Below are positions 1 to 11,179 of a stretch of DNA of 64,000 bases, piece after piece. Numbering within the stretch: the stretch's first letter is position 1; each line of letters opens with the position of its first letter. A program made the position numbers and the translations under genes. Source of the DNA: Felis catus (lineage: Eukaryota); the NCBI RefSeq assembly GCF_018350175.1, contig NC_058383.1, positions 23,872,001-23,936,000 of the forward strand. The letters run 5' to 3'. A model generated the notes under the pieces. It was not told where the DNA came from and ran no database searches. It was given only the letters and a program-made list of their open reading frames with translations.

Positions 1-499
1 CCCAAGGGACCACACCCCAGTTTGGGAAGCCCCAGTGTACCTCGTCCTCTGGGACCAGAAGCCCACCTTCCTTTGGGGGTCCCTCCCCCTCTGCACAAGG
101 TCTTAGGGGACCATCAGTCTAGATGCACCAGATGTGTCACTCTCCTTTGAGGTGGTGGCCACGGGACCCAAGCTGGGCTAGTGACATGTTCTCACCCAGG
201 AACGTGACTCTCGGTATCACTGACACCGGGCTCTAAAATCCTCAGAGTGGGTTCACCCTGAAGAGACTGGTCACCAGCTCCTGCCACCCAGGTCCCCGGA
301 GCTGCCCCAACCCTGTCCTATTTGCAAGCTCTGGTGATCATTTTTCTGCAAATATATTTTCCAGAAGCTATCCCACATCCTTCTGTAGTTAAGTTCCTTT
401 TCCTCGCAAACTTTGCCAGGGCCAGTGTCCTGGGTCATAGCCAAACACCCTGACTGCCTCTCCACCAATATCCTCACTTTACAATGAGGCCAGTGCAGC

Positions 500-850
500 A
501 GACTGAGTGGTAGCCCCAGAAAAGATATGCCCACATCCCGGAACATGTGGATATGACCTTATTTGGACGAGGGCCTTTGCAGATACAATTAAGGCTCTCA
601 AAATGAGATCATCCTGGATTATGCTGGTGAGCCCCAAATCCAGTGTCAAGTATCCCTTATAAGAGACTCACACAGAAGAGACACATGAACCGCAAGGAAT
701 GAGTGGGGCCATAAGCTGGGAAATGATTCTCCCATAGAGCCTCCTACAGGAAGTGCAGCCCAAGCCACACTTTGGTCTCTAACATCTGGCTGTAAACCAC
801 AAGAGAAGACCTTTCAGTTTTAAGCCACCAAGTTTGTGGTCATTTGTCCC
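500..850 (+). mobile_element. MaLR LTR (MLT1-like) relic
   Basis: MLT1-type motifs 'gaccttatttgga..gggcctttgcagat..aattaagg..aaatgagatcatcctggatta' and 3' 'ttttaagccaccaagtttgtggtcatttg'; boundaries approximate. Confidence 0.7.
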
Positions 851-1858
851 ATCACACTGAGCTGAGATCTGCACTCTCAGGGCTCTGCTTCAGGGACCAG
901 GGCTCTCCTTGCCGGATTACAGGCAGAGTCTCAGGGACCAGCTTGTGTTAGCAGGGACTGGAAATCACCCAGCGTGACCACGGTTGGACTCCTGGAAGGC
1001 AGGTATCAGGTGAGCTTTTCTGTAAGCAGACTGCAGCTAATTTTAAACTCTGGGTCACCTGGGCATGGTCAGGGGAGCGGCGGGGAGGTCAGGTTTCAGC
1101 TGACATTGACTGGCGGGGCACTGGGCAGCCACGTCACAGAGGGGCAGGGCCCAGGGTATCCATGACTCCCGACCACGAAGAGCTGGGGATGCTCGTATAA
1201 ATAATTCTTGTCCAAAGGATTAAGTGTCTGTTTTGCAGGCTGCTGGTCCGGCCATGGAAGGCTCCAGGCAGAAAAGACAGTTCAACCGCACAGGGTCAAC
1301 CCCCTGGGAAAACACAGCCGGATGTATGTTCCCACTGGGATCAGGGGTCAAGGCCTGACAGGCCCAGGGTGCCAGGATGGAGTGGGAGGATTTTAGGGAA
1401 AAGAGCCTGTGCTCAGTGGCCTGCTCAGCTGTGGCTGCAGTGAAGCATGATGGTTCAGGTCCAGGCTCTGGTGTTAGACGCCCCCTGGAGTAGGGGTGGG
1501 GTGTTCAAATCCCACCTCTGCCACCTAATAGCCAGGTGACCTTAGCTAAGTCAGTTCAGCTCTCAGCCTTAGCCTCCTCCCCTGTAAATCTGGGGATTAT
1601 AATTGCAACCAGCCCTCACTCTCCAAATCTACTTGGCTCCTGAGTTTAGATACTTAAGGTAGTAAGAGAAACCAAGTTTTCTGATTCTTTTTTAGTTTCT
1701 GAATTTCAGAAAGCAGAAAGTGATCACTTGAAGAGCAAGGGATATATCTAAATCTATCTGGCTCCTGAGTTTGGAAAGCAGGGGATCCTTAGGATTCTTA
1801 GCTCATATGGATGCTGTAAAGAATTACTGAGACCTTTGCATATAAAATTAGCATGTAA

Positions 1859-2090
1859 GGGACACCTGGGTGGCTCAGTCGGTTAAGCATCTGACTTTGG
1901 TTCAGGTTATGATCTTACGGTTTGTGGGTTCAAGCCCTCGTCAGGCTCTGTGCTGACAGCTCAGAGCCTGGAGCCTGCTTCTGATCCTGTGTCTCCCTCT
2001 CTCTGCCCCCCCTCCCACCACTTGTGCACTGTCTCTCTCTCTCAAAAAATAAATAAACATTAAAAAATTTTTTTAAAAAGTAAAAAACAT
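1859..2090 (+). mobile_element. CAN-SINE (SINEC_Fc-like)
   Basis: Head 'gggacacctgggtggctcagtcggttaagc', 'ctcagagcctggagcctgcttc' body, (CT)n, aataaa and A-rich tail. Confidence 0.9.
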
Positions 2091-2311
2091 CCTTAAACTA
2101 GATCTACTCCTATGTGGCAGAAGAAAGATCCACTCTTATCTGTCTCTTCCCTCACCCAAGATGTGAGCAACTTGAGGGCAGAGACTGGACGTGACTTTCT
2201 CCAGACTATGTCCCTGATGGGGTTTGGGCACATAGCAGGTGCTCAGAATTTGTGGAATGATGAATGACAGAGGCCCTGGGGAACTGTCCTTTGGAAGGAA
2301 GGTGAACCTCA

Positions 2312-2524
<213 letters not shown>

Positions 2525-3118
2525 TCAGCGGCACTGCCCAGCCCCTCTGGGCCCAGGGCTGCCCTTCCTGCTTCAGACTACATAGGGGCTGCATTCTGGG
2601 GGCTCCCCCTGGGAAATGGCCAGCGCCCTTCTTTTCCCTTGGGGTAGGAGCCATGGGAGCAGAGTTCAGAGCAGTAGCAACGACCAGAGCTCCTTCACTC
2701 GGGGAGGGTCTTGCTGGCCCCCAGCGCGACCCCCGGGATGCAGATGCTGCGTGTGCACTGGATGAACTATTTCCATGCAGTCCTCCAGGTGTTCATGGCA
2801 TTTCACACGCATCAACTCGCTGCCTGCTCTCCACACCCCACCGGGGTGGTGTTTTCACGCCCAGATGAAGAAACAGTGGCTCAAAGTGACTTGCACAAGG
2901 CCCCACAGGTAGAGAGTGGCCTGGCTGGCTCAAGGCCAAGTCTGTCTGATTTCAGAACCCCTAAAATAGGAGGCTTGTGCTACCCGGTTTTGGGGACCCC
3001 TTCTTCATGGGACTCAGCCTGAGTTGTGAAGCTGACCCTGGTTTCCACGCATCCCTACCCTTCGGGCTGTGGATCCCAGGCCCAGTGGCCCTGCCCACCT
3101 CTCCTGGAAGCCAGGTAC

Positions 3119-3237
3119 CTTCTCCAGTGGGAAATATGGCACAGAGTCCTCATCACCCTGTTCTATGGGCTTCCCGCCGAACACGACATTGACAGTGCTG
3201 GTGTAGATGAGCCTTGGAACTCGCCGACGGACGCAAA
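3119..3237 (-). CDS. SDR42E2: SDR42E2 coding exon 4: (V)[39 protein letters not shown]
   Basis: tgcag| acceptor, |gtacct donor; 119 nt, phase 1 to 0; extended-SDR 'IYTSTxxV' segment. Confidence 0.92.
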
Positions 3238-3251
3238 CTGCAGTGACAACG

Positions 3252-3252
<1 letters not shown>

Positions 3253-3285
<33 letters not shown>
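3253..3285. repeat. (CA)16 microsatellite, (TG)16 on the gene strand
   Basis: Read directly from the sequence. Confidence 0.97.
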
Positions 3286-3287
<2 letters not shown>

Positions 3288-3935
3288 GGCCAAGATGAGT
3301 AGAAGCTGGAGGAGAAGGTGCCTACTGGGACCTCCCTGGGAGAATCCACTGACCTCCACCCAGTCTTTGCCACACATCCTGGCCCCTGGGGCCCTCCCAG
3401 AATACAGAGCTGCTCAGGAGGGAAGGGGTGTGGGTCAAGTCCCTGCTCCGTGGGGCCCTGGGAGCCAGGCTGGCTCACTCCTTCTTCTCAGTATGGCTGT
3501 GGCCCCTGAGCTACCTTGCTGGGGGCAAGTCAGAAGAAAGTTTCAATCGATGGGGACATAGGAAAGAGACACTCTAGAATCAGAGAAAAGACCGGATGCA
3601 GGACAAGGCAGACATGGCCAGAGCCCCCATAAGTGGGTCTTCTATTTTGGTGCTTCAAGCAACTTTTCTAACTCTTGATCCCTGAAATGTAAACTCCGCT
3701 GCCCGTGTCCCCAGACATGCTGTGGCCACACTGACACGTCCCATGCAGGGGCCTGGGTAGGTCTGCAGTTTAGGAAGGATGTGCTGCCCACAGGCCCTAC
3801 ACTGGGGTGGGTGGGGGCAGGGGAGGAGGGTCCCACCTCTGTCCCCCTACCCTGTCCCCAGGGCCGGGCCTGTGGCAGGAGAGGGGAGAGAAGCAGGAAA
3901 CACACAGCAGGTCACACGGAGCTCGGAGCGCCTAC

Positions 3936-3993
3936 CATTGATTACTAGTTTGGTGCCTCCAACATTTATAGACTCAATCTGCTCTTTTTGCAG
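3936..3993 (-). CDS. SDR42E2: SDR42E2 coding exon 3: LQKEQIESINVGGTKLVIN
   Basis: ttttag| acceptor, |gtaggc donor; 58 nt, phase 0 to 1; SDR 'NVxGT' motif. Confidence 0.92.
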
Positions 3994-4595
3994 CTAAAAG
4001 ACAAGACGGAGGTGGGAAGTCGTGGTGCTGTCATGCCTCGTCGCTGAGGCCATAAGGCTGGGCTTAGGGTAGGGCAGGACAGGGCCTACAGAATGTCCAG
4101 CTCAGAAGCAGGGACCTGGGAGGCCCACAGGAGGTGCAGGAGCCCTGGGTACCAGTGCCCAGCTCTGTCAGCATCCCCCTGAGCGCCCCCCACCTCTGCC
4201 TGGCCCCCAGCTATCTCATCACCTCCCCTCTGGGTGGTCAGCAGGATGAAATGCACCCTATGGGAGGACTTGGTACAGTGTTTGACCCAGAAAAGGGGCT
4301 CAAAATGTTTGGGTCATTTCCTCACTATGGAAGTCTCAGTTTCCTTATCTATAAGACAGACAAGAGTAATACTGTCCATGCCCTCGCGAGGTTGGGGTGT
4401 GAAAAATAAAAACACCTTGTCTGCAGAGAGAGAGCTGCTCGTGTGCCCGGGAAAGGGCGAAGCCTGTGCATCTTACTTAATCCTTCCGACCAGACTAGGA
4501 GATGGGTTCTATCTTGATTTTTAAACTATATTTATCCTCACTGCAGTTGCTTTTAAATAGATAATACAATCACATGGTTAAAAATATCTCAAACA

Positions 4596-4832
4596 GGGGT
4601 GCCTGGGTGGCTCAGTTAGTTGCTTGAGTGTCTGGTTCTTGATGTCAGTTCAGGTCTTGATCTCAGGGTTGTGAGTTCAAGCCCCATGTTGGGCTCTGTG
4701 CTGACAGTGCAGGGCCTGCTTGGGACTGTCTCTCTCTCTCTCTCTCTCTCTTGCTGTCTCTGCCCTTCTCCTACTTCCACATGCACATGTGTGCATGTTC
4801 TCTCTCTCAAAAAAAATAAACATTAAAAAAAA
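4596..4832 (+). mobile_element. CAN-SINE
   Basis: 'ggggtgcctgggtggctcag' head, (CT)n, A tail; 'ctcaaacag' flanks both ends (TSD-like). Confidence 0.88.
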
Positions 4833-5484
4833 TCACTCAAACAGTAACAAGGGTATATAGTGAAAAGGAAATGTCCTTCCCATTCCTGACTCCCAGCCTT
4901 CCTCCCCACCCCCCGCAGAGGCAACCACTGTTCCTATTACAGGCCGGTGTATTTCTAGACATAATTTATACTTATTCATATCAGCACATACACATGTGTG
5001 AATATCCTAGCTTCTTTTTTATACAAACAGGAGGATATCAAACACTGTTTTTGCACCTTGGAAATTGTTCCATTATCAACACATATTGAGTTACTTCATT
5101 TCTGTTGAATGGCTGCATAGAATTTCAATGTGGGGAGACTTTACAATTTATTTAAATAGTCCTTAACTGATGGGCATTTACTTTACTTCCTGTTTTTGTT
5201 ATTTAAAACAATGCTGCAAATATACACACAGTGTGATTTCTGAGTCAAAGGGTGTCTGTTTTGATGGCTACCAGCCCACTGTAAGTACTAGTACGGAGGA
5301 GGAAACAGAGGCTCAGAGAGGTTAAGTTAACTCGCCCTGGGTCACACAGCGAGAAAGTGGCAGAACTAGCATGTGGTCCCATGGATGCAAAATGCAGGCT
5401 GGGTATAGTCTGAGTCCTTCCTGGATTAGGTGAAGGGCACGTAAAGTTGGGGGTGCACAGAGCCCGGATCTGAACCCCGCTCTA

Positions 5485-5757
<273 letters not shown>

Positions 5758-6091
5758 CTATAGGGCATCATCATCTTCATCATCATCGGCGGCTCCATTT
5801 ATCAAGCCAATTCACAGGGGCTGTGCTCGGTGTTTTACGTGCACAGTCTCATGGCCTCCCCAGAAGACCCTCGTGAATCCTGCTTTCTATGGATGGGGAC
5901 ACGGAGGCTCAGACATGTGGAGTCTTGTGGCCATGGTTGCCCAGCTGGGAAATGCCAGAGTTTAAATAGTCTGATTACAAGAGCCTGTTCTCTTCAATAT
6001 CACACCACGGGTTTCACATCAGACACTGTCCCCAGACCTCCACCAGCACCCTGGGCCCCCTCACCAGTCCCCAAGATGCTCATCACCGCAC

Positions 6092-6877
6092 CTGGATGAA
6101 CTCGGTCCCCGGGGAAAGCTCCCACTGTGGTCGGCGGAGGTCGAGCAGGATGACAGAAGTGCCACTCTTGGCCAGGCTAGAACCCAGGCTAAAGCCCAGG
6201 TAGCCTCCTCCTCCAGTCACCAGAACCTTCTGCCTAGGGGCCTGCATGGGTGTGGCCTGAGTCTTCTGCTGTGGTGCTAGTGTTGGGGCTGTCTCTGGCT
6301 CACTGGGTTTGGGCCCAATTCCAGAACCCTGTCTGGGCCCAGGCTCTACCCCTGGCCCAGGTAACGGTGCAGCTCCTGGCCTAGGTACTGGCCCGGGTAC
6401 TGACCTAGCTCCTGACCCAGGCCCCAGACCTGGCTTAGGTCCTGAAGCAGCACCAGGCTCCGGCCTAGGTCTGGATACAGCACCAGACCCTGGTCCAAGT
6501 CCTGGAACAGCACCAGACTCTGGTGCAGGTAGGGACACAGCACCATGCATTGGTCTGGGTCCTGAAATAGCACCAGGCCCTGGTCCAGGTTCTAGAACCA
6601 CACCAGGCCCTGGTCCAGGTCTGGTCACAGCACCAAGCCCTGGTCCAGGTTCTAGAACCACACCAGGCCCCGGCCCAGGTCCTGACACAGCCCCAGGCCC
6701 TGGCCCAGGCCCCAGAACAGTAGTAGGCCCTGAAACTGCACCAGGCCCTGGGCCAGGCCCTGACTCAGACCCCAGGCCTGAGACTCCTCCCCAGGCCCGG
6801 CAGACGGGGCAGCTCTTCTCGCCCTGGCCTGCAGCTCTGCAGGCCTCTGGGGAGGAGCCTGCTGGGTTGGGCTTCAT
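6092..6877 (-). CDS. SDR42E2: SDR42E2 first coding exon: MKPNPAGSS..., Gly/Pro repeat region, then Rossmann-fold start [12 protein letters not shown]...FIQ
   Basis: ATG at 6875-6877; exon acceptor ttttctctacag| at 6913; donor CAG|gtgcgg at 6092; TGGxGxxG NAD(P)-binding motif. Confidence 0.88.
6320..6785. repeat. Degenerate ~30-bp tandem repeat encoding ~10-aa [14 protein letters not shown] units
   Basis: Recurring 'caccaggccctggtccaggt' units at about 30-nt spacing (e.g. 6571, 6601, 6631, 6661). Confidence 0.9.
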
Positions 6878-7748
6878 TCTCTACTGAGCCATGCAGACCC
6901 AGCATCTGTCCACCTGTAGAGAAAAATAGAAGAAAGATCATTCTAGAGTTGTCTTAAGTCATGTGGATTATCAGACTAAGGGGAACTCTTGGGGGTGCTG
7001 AGAGACCCCTTTCAGAATTTTGAGAACTTTCAAGGTGGTTGCTGCCTCCCTTGTGTTTTACAGCTGGGGAAATTGAGGCCCAAAGTCACATTGCATGGCT
7101 GAGGTTTACACCAAGCATTCCTCACTTCTCTACCAGTTCCTTAAAATCCCCATTCCCATGCAGTACCAGAGGAAGGCAGAGTAAATCATGCCCAGAGGAA
7201 CCCCAGCAGACTGGAGGTGACCGCTTCTGACTGGGAAGGGTTTCCTGGAGAAAGAGATAGAAGGAAGAGGAGGAAGAGGAGAGAAGGGGAAATAAAGAGA
7301 AGAGATGAGGAGGAGGAATCCCCATGGGGTCTATAAGGGCTCTGTGCTTGGGAACCTGCACGGAAGAGCTGCACCACCCCCACCCTGAATCTGCAGCCCC
7401 TGGTTCTCCCAGGTGCCCCAGCAATGCAGGTGGCTGGCAGTACAGGTCTGCCCAAGCCCTCTGCTGGCTTCAGGGTCAGGTCGGTGAACCGCGGGGTCCA
7501 GCACTGAGGATCCTGTCGTCCTGACTCCAGACTTAAAGTGACCCAGCTTCAGTCACTATCACCATCTTCATCCCACCCACTCCCCCCCCCCCCCCATCTC
7601 CTGCTCCACCTGAGGCTAAGGCAGCACCAGAGGCCGGATGATCATCGTCACCATAATAATAGCAGTGACCATATACCGTGGGTCAACTGTTTGCCAGGCC
7701 CTGTGGATACAGAGGCAGGTGTCTCTGCTCCGCATGATGCCTACTGGC

Positions 7749-7782
<34 letters not shown>

Positions 7783-7790
7783 ACGGGCAC

Positions 7791-7990
7791 AGGGCACCTG
7801 GGTGGCTCAGTTGGTTAAGAGCCTGACTTTTGATTTCGACTCAGGTCATGATCTCACGGTTCATGAGTTTGAGTCCAGCGTTGGGCTTCGCTCTCTCCTT
7901 CTATCTCTGCCCCTCCCCTGCTCATGCTCTATCTCTCTCTCACTCTCTCTCTCTCAAAATAAGTAAAATAAACATAAAAAAAAAAAAAGA
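7791..7990 (+). mobile_element. CAN-SINE just downstream of an A-run at 7752-7780
   Basis: 'gggcacctgggtggctcag' head, (CT)n, A tail. Confidence 0.88.
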
Positions 7991-8310
7991 ATGAGCACAA
8001 CCGAGTGACTGAGTGATGAGCCCCATGGTTGTTGCTGGGAGTGTCAAGGGGCAGGGGCCCTGACAGATATAGGGGCTATACCTGTTGGTCTCCCCCTTAT
8101 CACTGCCCTGCTCTCCAAAGTTCTAGGTCAGGGACACAGTCACATGCTGTATAAACACTGGCACTCATGGGTTTAAGAGTGAGGAGACATCCCAAATCTG
8201 AGTCATCACTGGGGATGAGTTTAATTCCCCAATGGGGATGCAGTCCCAGAGTGGAGCCCTTCTCTGCCTAGGACTCTGTTCTAGGGACTGGAGCTTTCTA
8301 TCCTATGGGG

Positions 8311-8311
<1 letters not shown>

Positions 8312-8405
<94 letters not shown>

Positions 8406-8406
8406 G

Positions 8407-8437
<31 letters not shown>
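8312..8437. repeat. Compound microsatellite (TG)n(AG)n(ACAG)n
   Basis: Read directly from the sequence. Confidence 0.96.
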
Positions 8438-8899
8438 TGGGTGAATTCCTTACAACCTCCCTGTACCTCAGTATCTACAGCTCTAAAATGGACCCAAATA
8501 ACCCTGGCTGCTCTACCTCACCAGGTGATCATGAAAACGCAGATGCCGGAGCCCTTGGCAAACCACTGGAAAGCATGCTCCAGTAGGGCTTTGTTCACAG
8601 CAGCGTCCCCAGCACCTAGAACAGGGCTGGCGCCAAGCAGGTGGTAAGTAGCTGCTGACTGCATGAAACCACCGGGAGCTGTTCTGCATCTGGGAGTGTT
8701 GCGGCCAAGCACCTGCTGACCGCAGCCAGGGCGGCATTTAATTCTCCTGGCAGTCCCGTGCAGTACAGGATGCCGCTCCCATCACCCAGCGATGAAAACT
8801 GAGGCTCAGAGAACATTCGCTAACTTTGATGGAGTCTCAGTAAATGGGTCGGCCTGGGTCCAGGTCCCTGGGGGCCCAAAGTGGAGTTTGGTGAAAGCA

Positions 8900-9350
8900 A
8901 CTGGGGAAGGGGCGCCAGGGACCCACCCCGGCCTCAGCGCGTCCCGGAGGCGGGCAGGAGCAGGTGCCCCTTGCCACCCCCCCCTCCACTCCGAGAGCAC
9001 CCCCGGCCCCGGCCCCGGCAGCTCGGGCGTGTCGTCGGCCCCCCGCCCCGTCCCCCGTCCCAGGGTCCCCAGCTGTCCCCACCCGCACCCCTACCCCCCA
9101 GCTCCCGCCAGCGCCCGGCTGCGCTCACCCGGCTGGGCTCCCGCGGCGCTACGTGCTCCCGGCGCTGAGCCCACCTTCTGCGCGTGAGGCCCGGGCGCTG
9201 CTGGGCGGGCGCCTCCTGGGGCGGGGCCGGGCTGGGCTCCGGGACCCGCCCCGCGCCCCGCCTCCCGCCCCGCCCACACGCGGCGTGGGAACACCCCCGT
9301 TTCTCTGTAGCCCGGTGCGGGCTCTCACAGAGGGGAAACTGAGGCCCGCC
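8900..9350 (-). promoter_or_regulatory. CpG island and probable SDR42E2 promoter with clustered GC boxes
   Basis: The densest CpG, very GC-rich block in the window; Sp1-type GGGCGG/CCGCCC motifs at about 9203-9275; 2.2 kb upstream of the first coding exon acceptor. Confidence 0.75.
9129..9200 (-). other. SDR42E2: Probable non-coding first exon of SDR42E2 (5' boundary unknown)
   Basis: Donor CGG|gtgagc at 9129 inside the CpG island, downstream of the GC boxes; the next exon has a clear acceptor at 6913. Confidence 0.55.
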
Positions 9351-9469
9351 GAACAGGGATGGGGTGAAATGGGCTTAGCTGCTGGTAGGGAAAGGACGCA
9401 AAGGCCCTGCGTGCTGTCCTGTCCTGCCGCAAAGTGGTCCTGGAACCCCAAGAAACAGTGTTTCTTCCT

Positions 9470-9810
9470 TCACCCCCTTACCCATCCATCCGCTCCCCAA
9501 CACGTTCCTGTCTGTGCAGGATGCCTCCTGCCTTCCCTGCCTTCTTCCTCGTCCACCTGTTCATCATCTCACCTGTTCTTCATCCACCTCGTTGTCTCTT
9601 CATCCATCTTCCCACACAATTTTGTTTTTGCTATTTTTGTCCACTCATCTATTCATCTTATCCATCCATCCATCCGTGCGTCCGTCATTCCATCCTTCCA
9701 CCTTATCCATCCAGCCTTCCATCCATCTAATTCGTTCCATGTATCTTTCTTGCCTCCTGTCCACCCATCTCTTTCCCCTTCCTTCCTTGCATTCTTCCAC
9801 CCATTTCTGG
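9470..9810. repeat. Degenerate (TCCA)n pyrimidine-rich simple repeat
   Basis: Runs of tccatccatcc. Confidence 0.8.
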
Positions 9811-10639
9811 GTTCATCTGTTCTTGGGGGGGTCATTCCGCGTTTAGGGGTGCTTCTTCAGTGCTGGTCCTTCCCTTACGCTGAGGACCAGCTGGATCACA
9901 CCATCCCTGGAAAACCCATTTGCAAGGCGCAGTGACAGAGGGGAAGGCATGTGCCCGGCAGCTGGTGCTTATGAGGGCCGACTCTGAGCCCCAAATGCCA
10001 CCGACACCTGGTTACTTTGGTCTGAAGAGGCTACTGGGAAGTCTTCGCCCGTTTGAGCCTCCTCCGTGGGCATAGGTGGGTGTGGGAAAGAGAAAAGAAA
10101 ATCTTAGGCAGAACATGCCAGGTGCCAGGTGGTAAGGTATCTTGCTTGCTTAATCCTCACAACTCTGTTTTGGCCCAATTTTAGAGTCAGGGGAACAGGT
10201 TCAGAGAGATGAAAAGAGGCTTCAAAGCCTGGCGGGAGAAGGCCATGGAGTCAGCCCTGGCGTTAAATCTTGGCTTTGCCACTTTCTTGCTACGTGTCTT
10301 TGGGCAGCTACAAGGCTCAGTTTCCTCATCCACAAACTGGAAATTGTGTGTGCTGTATGGCTGTGACGTTGTTGGGCTTGGGGCACACAAGGTATATGCC
10401 AACAGTATGGTGCCTGCCCAGTCAGGGCTCAACCAACAGTAGGGGTTATCATTATATGAGAGGTTGGGGTTCACACCCGGGTCCTGTGCTTCACCGCTTC
10501 CCCAACCACATCCAAACTGTGTGCATCATTCCGTTTACCAAAACCAGCCTGTCCTCTCCCACCCGCAGGGCCACAGGAATCCTATCCCCAGGTCCGGCTG
10601 GCGGCTGTTGTCCTGATAACAGCATAGTTTACGATACAA

Positions 10640-10980
10640 TAGTTATGAGTTGAATTGTATACCTCCTTGGCCCCTCAAATCCACATGTTGAAGTCCTAAC
10701 CACCCAGTACCTCAGAGTGTGGCCTTGGAAATAGAGTGATCTCATATGTAATTAAAGATATATAATATAGAGTAGGGCCTGGTCCATTATGACCGGTGTC
10801 CTCATGAAAGCTGGAAATTTGGACACACACATGCACACAGGCAGAGCATCATGTGAAGTTTGGAGCTCTGCCGGTCCTTTAAACTCGGACTTGCAGCCTC
10901 CTGAACTGGAAACAATACATTCCTGTTGTTTCAGCCACTCAGTTTGTGGTACTTTGTTACAGTAACACTAGCAAAGTGAT
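10640..10980 (+). mobile_element. MaLR LTR (MLT1A/B-like)
   Basis: 'tgagttgaattgtat..tcaaatccacatgttgaagtcctaac..cagtacctcagagtgtggcc' and 3' 'ttgtttcagccactcagtttgtggtactttgttacag'. Confidence 0.78.
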
Positions 10981-11179
10981 AGAAACACCACAGGCCATTT
11001 TCTCTGTTTGTAGAGGTGAGCAAAACGGCAGCTATCAGAGAGAGTGACCAGACTGAGATCCATTGGGGCAGGGGTTATGGTCACTGCTGCCTCCCTGAGC
11101 CCAGCACCGAGCCTGGCCAAAGCCTGGGCTTGTCAAGCCTTAGTGAACTGTGGGGTTTTTTTGGAAACACCTTGAATTT

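Noticed and set aside
1859..1930. tRNA-like A/B-box sequences (tggctcagtcgg ... gttcgagccc) in many places
   Set aside because: They are tRNA-derived SINE heads followed by a SINE body and tail, not tRNA genes.
6320..6785. Regularly spaced ~30-bp repeats resembling a CRISPR array
   Set aside because: There are no unique spacers and no cas genes, the context is mammalian, and the repeat lies in a coding frame.
6309..6887. 192-aa antisense Pro/Gly ORF as a separate gene
   Set aside because: It mirrors the SDR42E2 repeat, has no ATG start, and is explained by the quasi-palindromic repeat units.
8964..9935. 323-aa plus-strand ORF, the longest in the ORF track
   Set aside because: It starts at a non-ATG codon and runs through a GC-rich CpG island and a (TCCA)n repeat, both naturally poor in stops; there is no recognisable domain.
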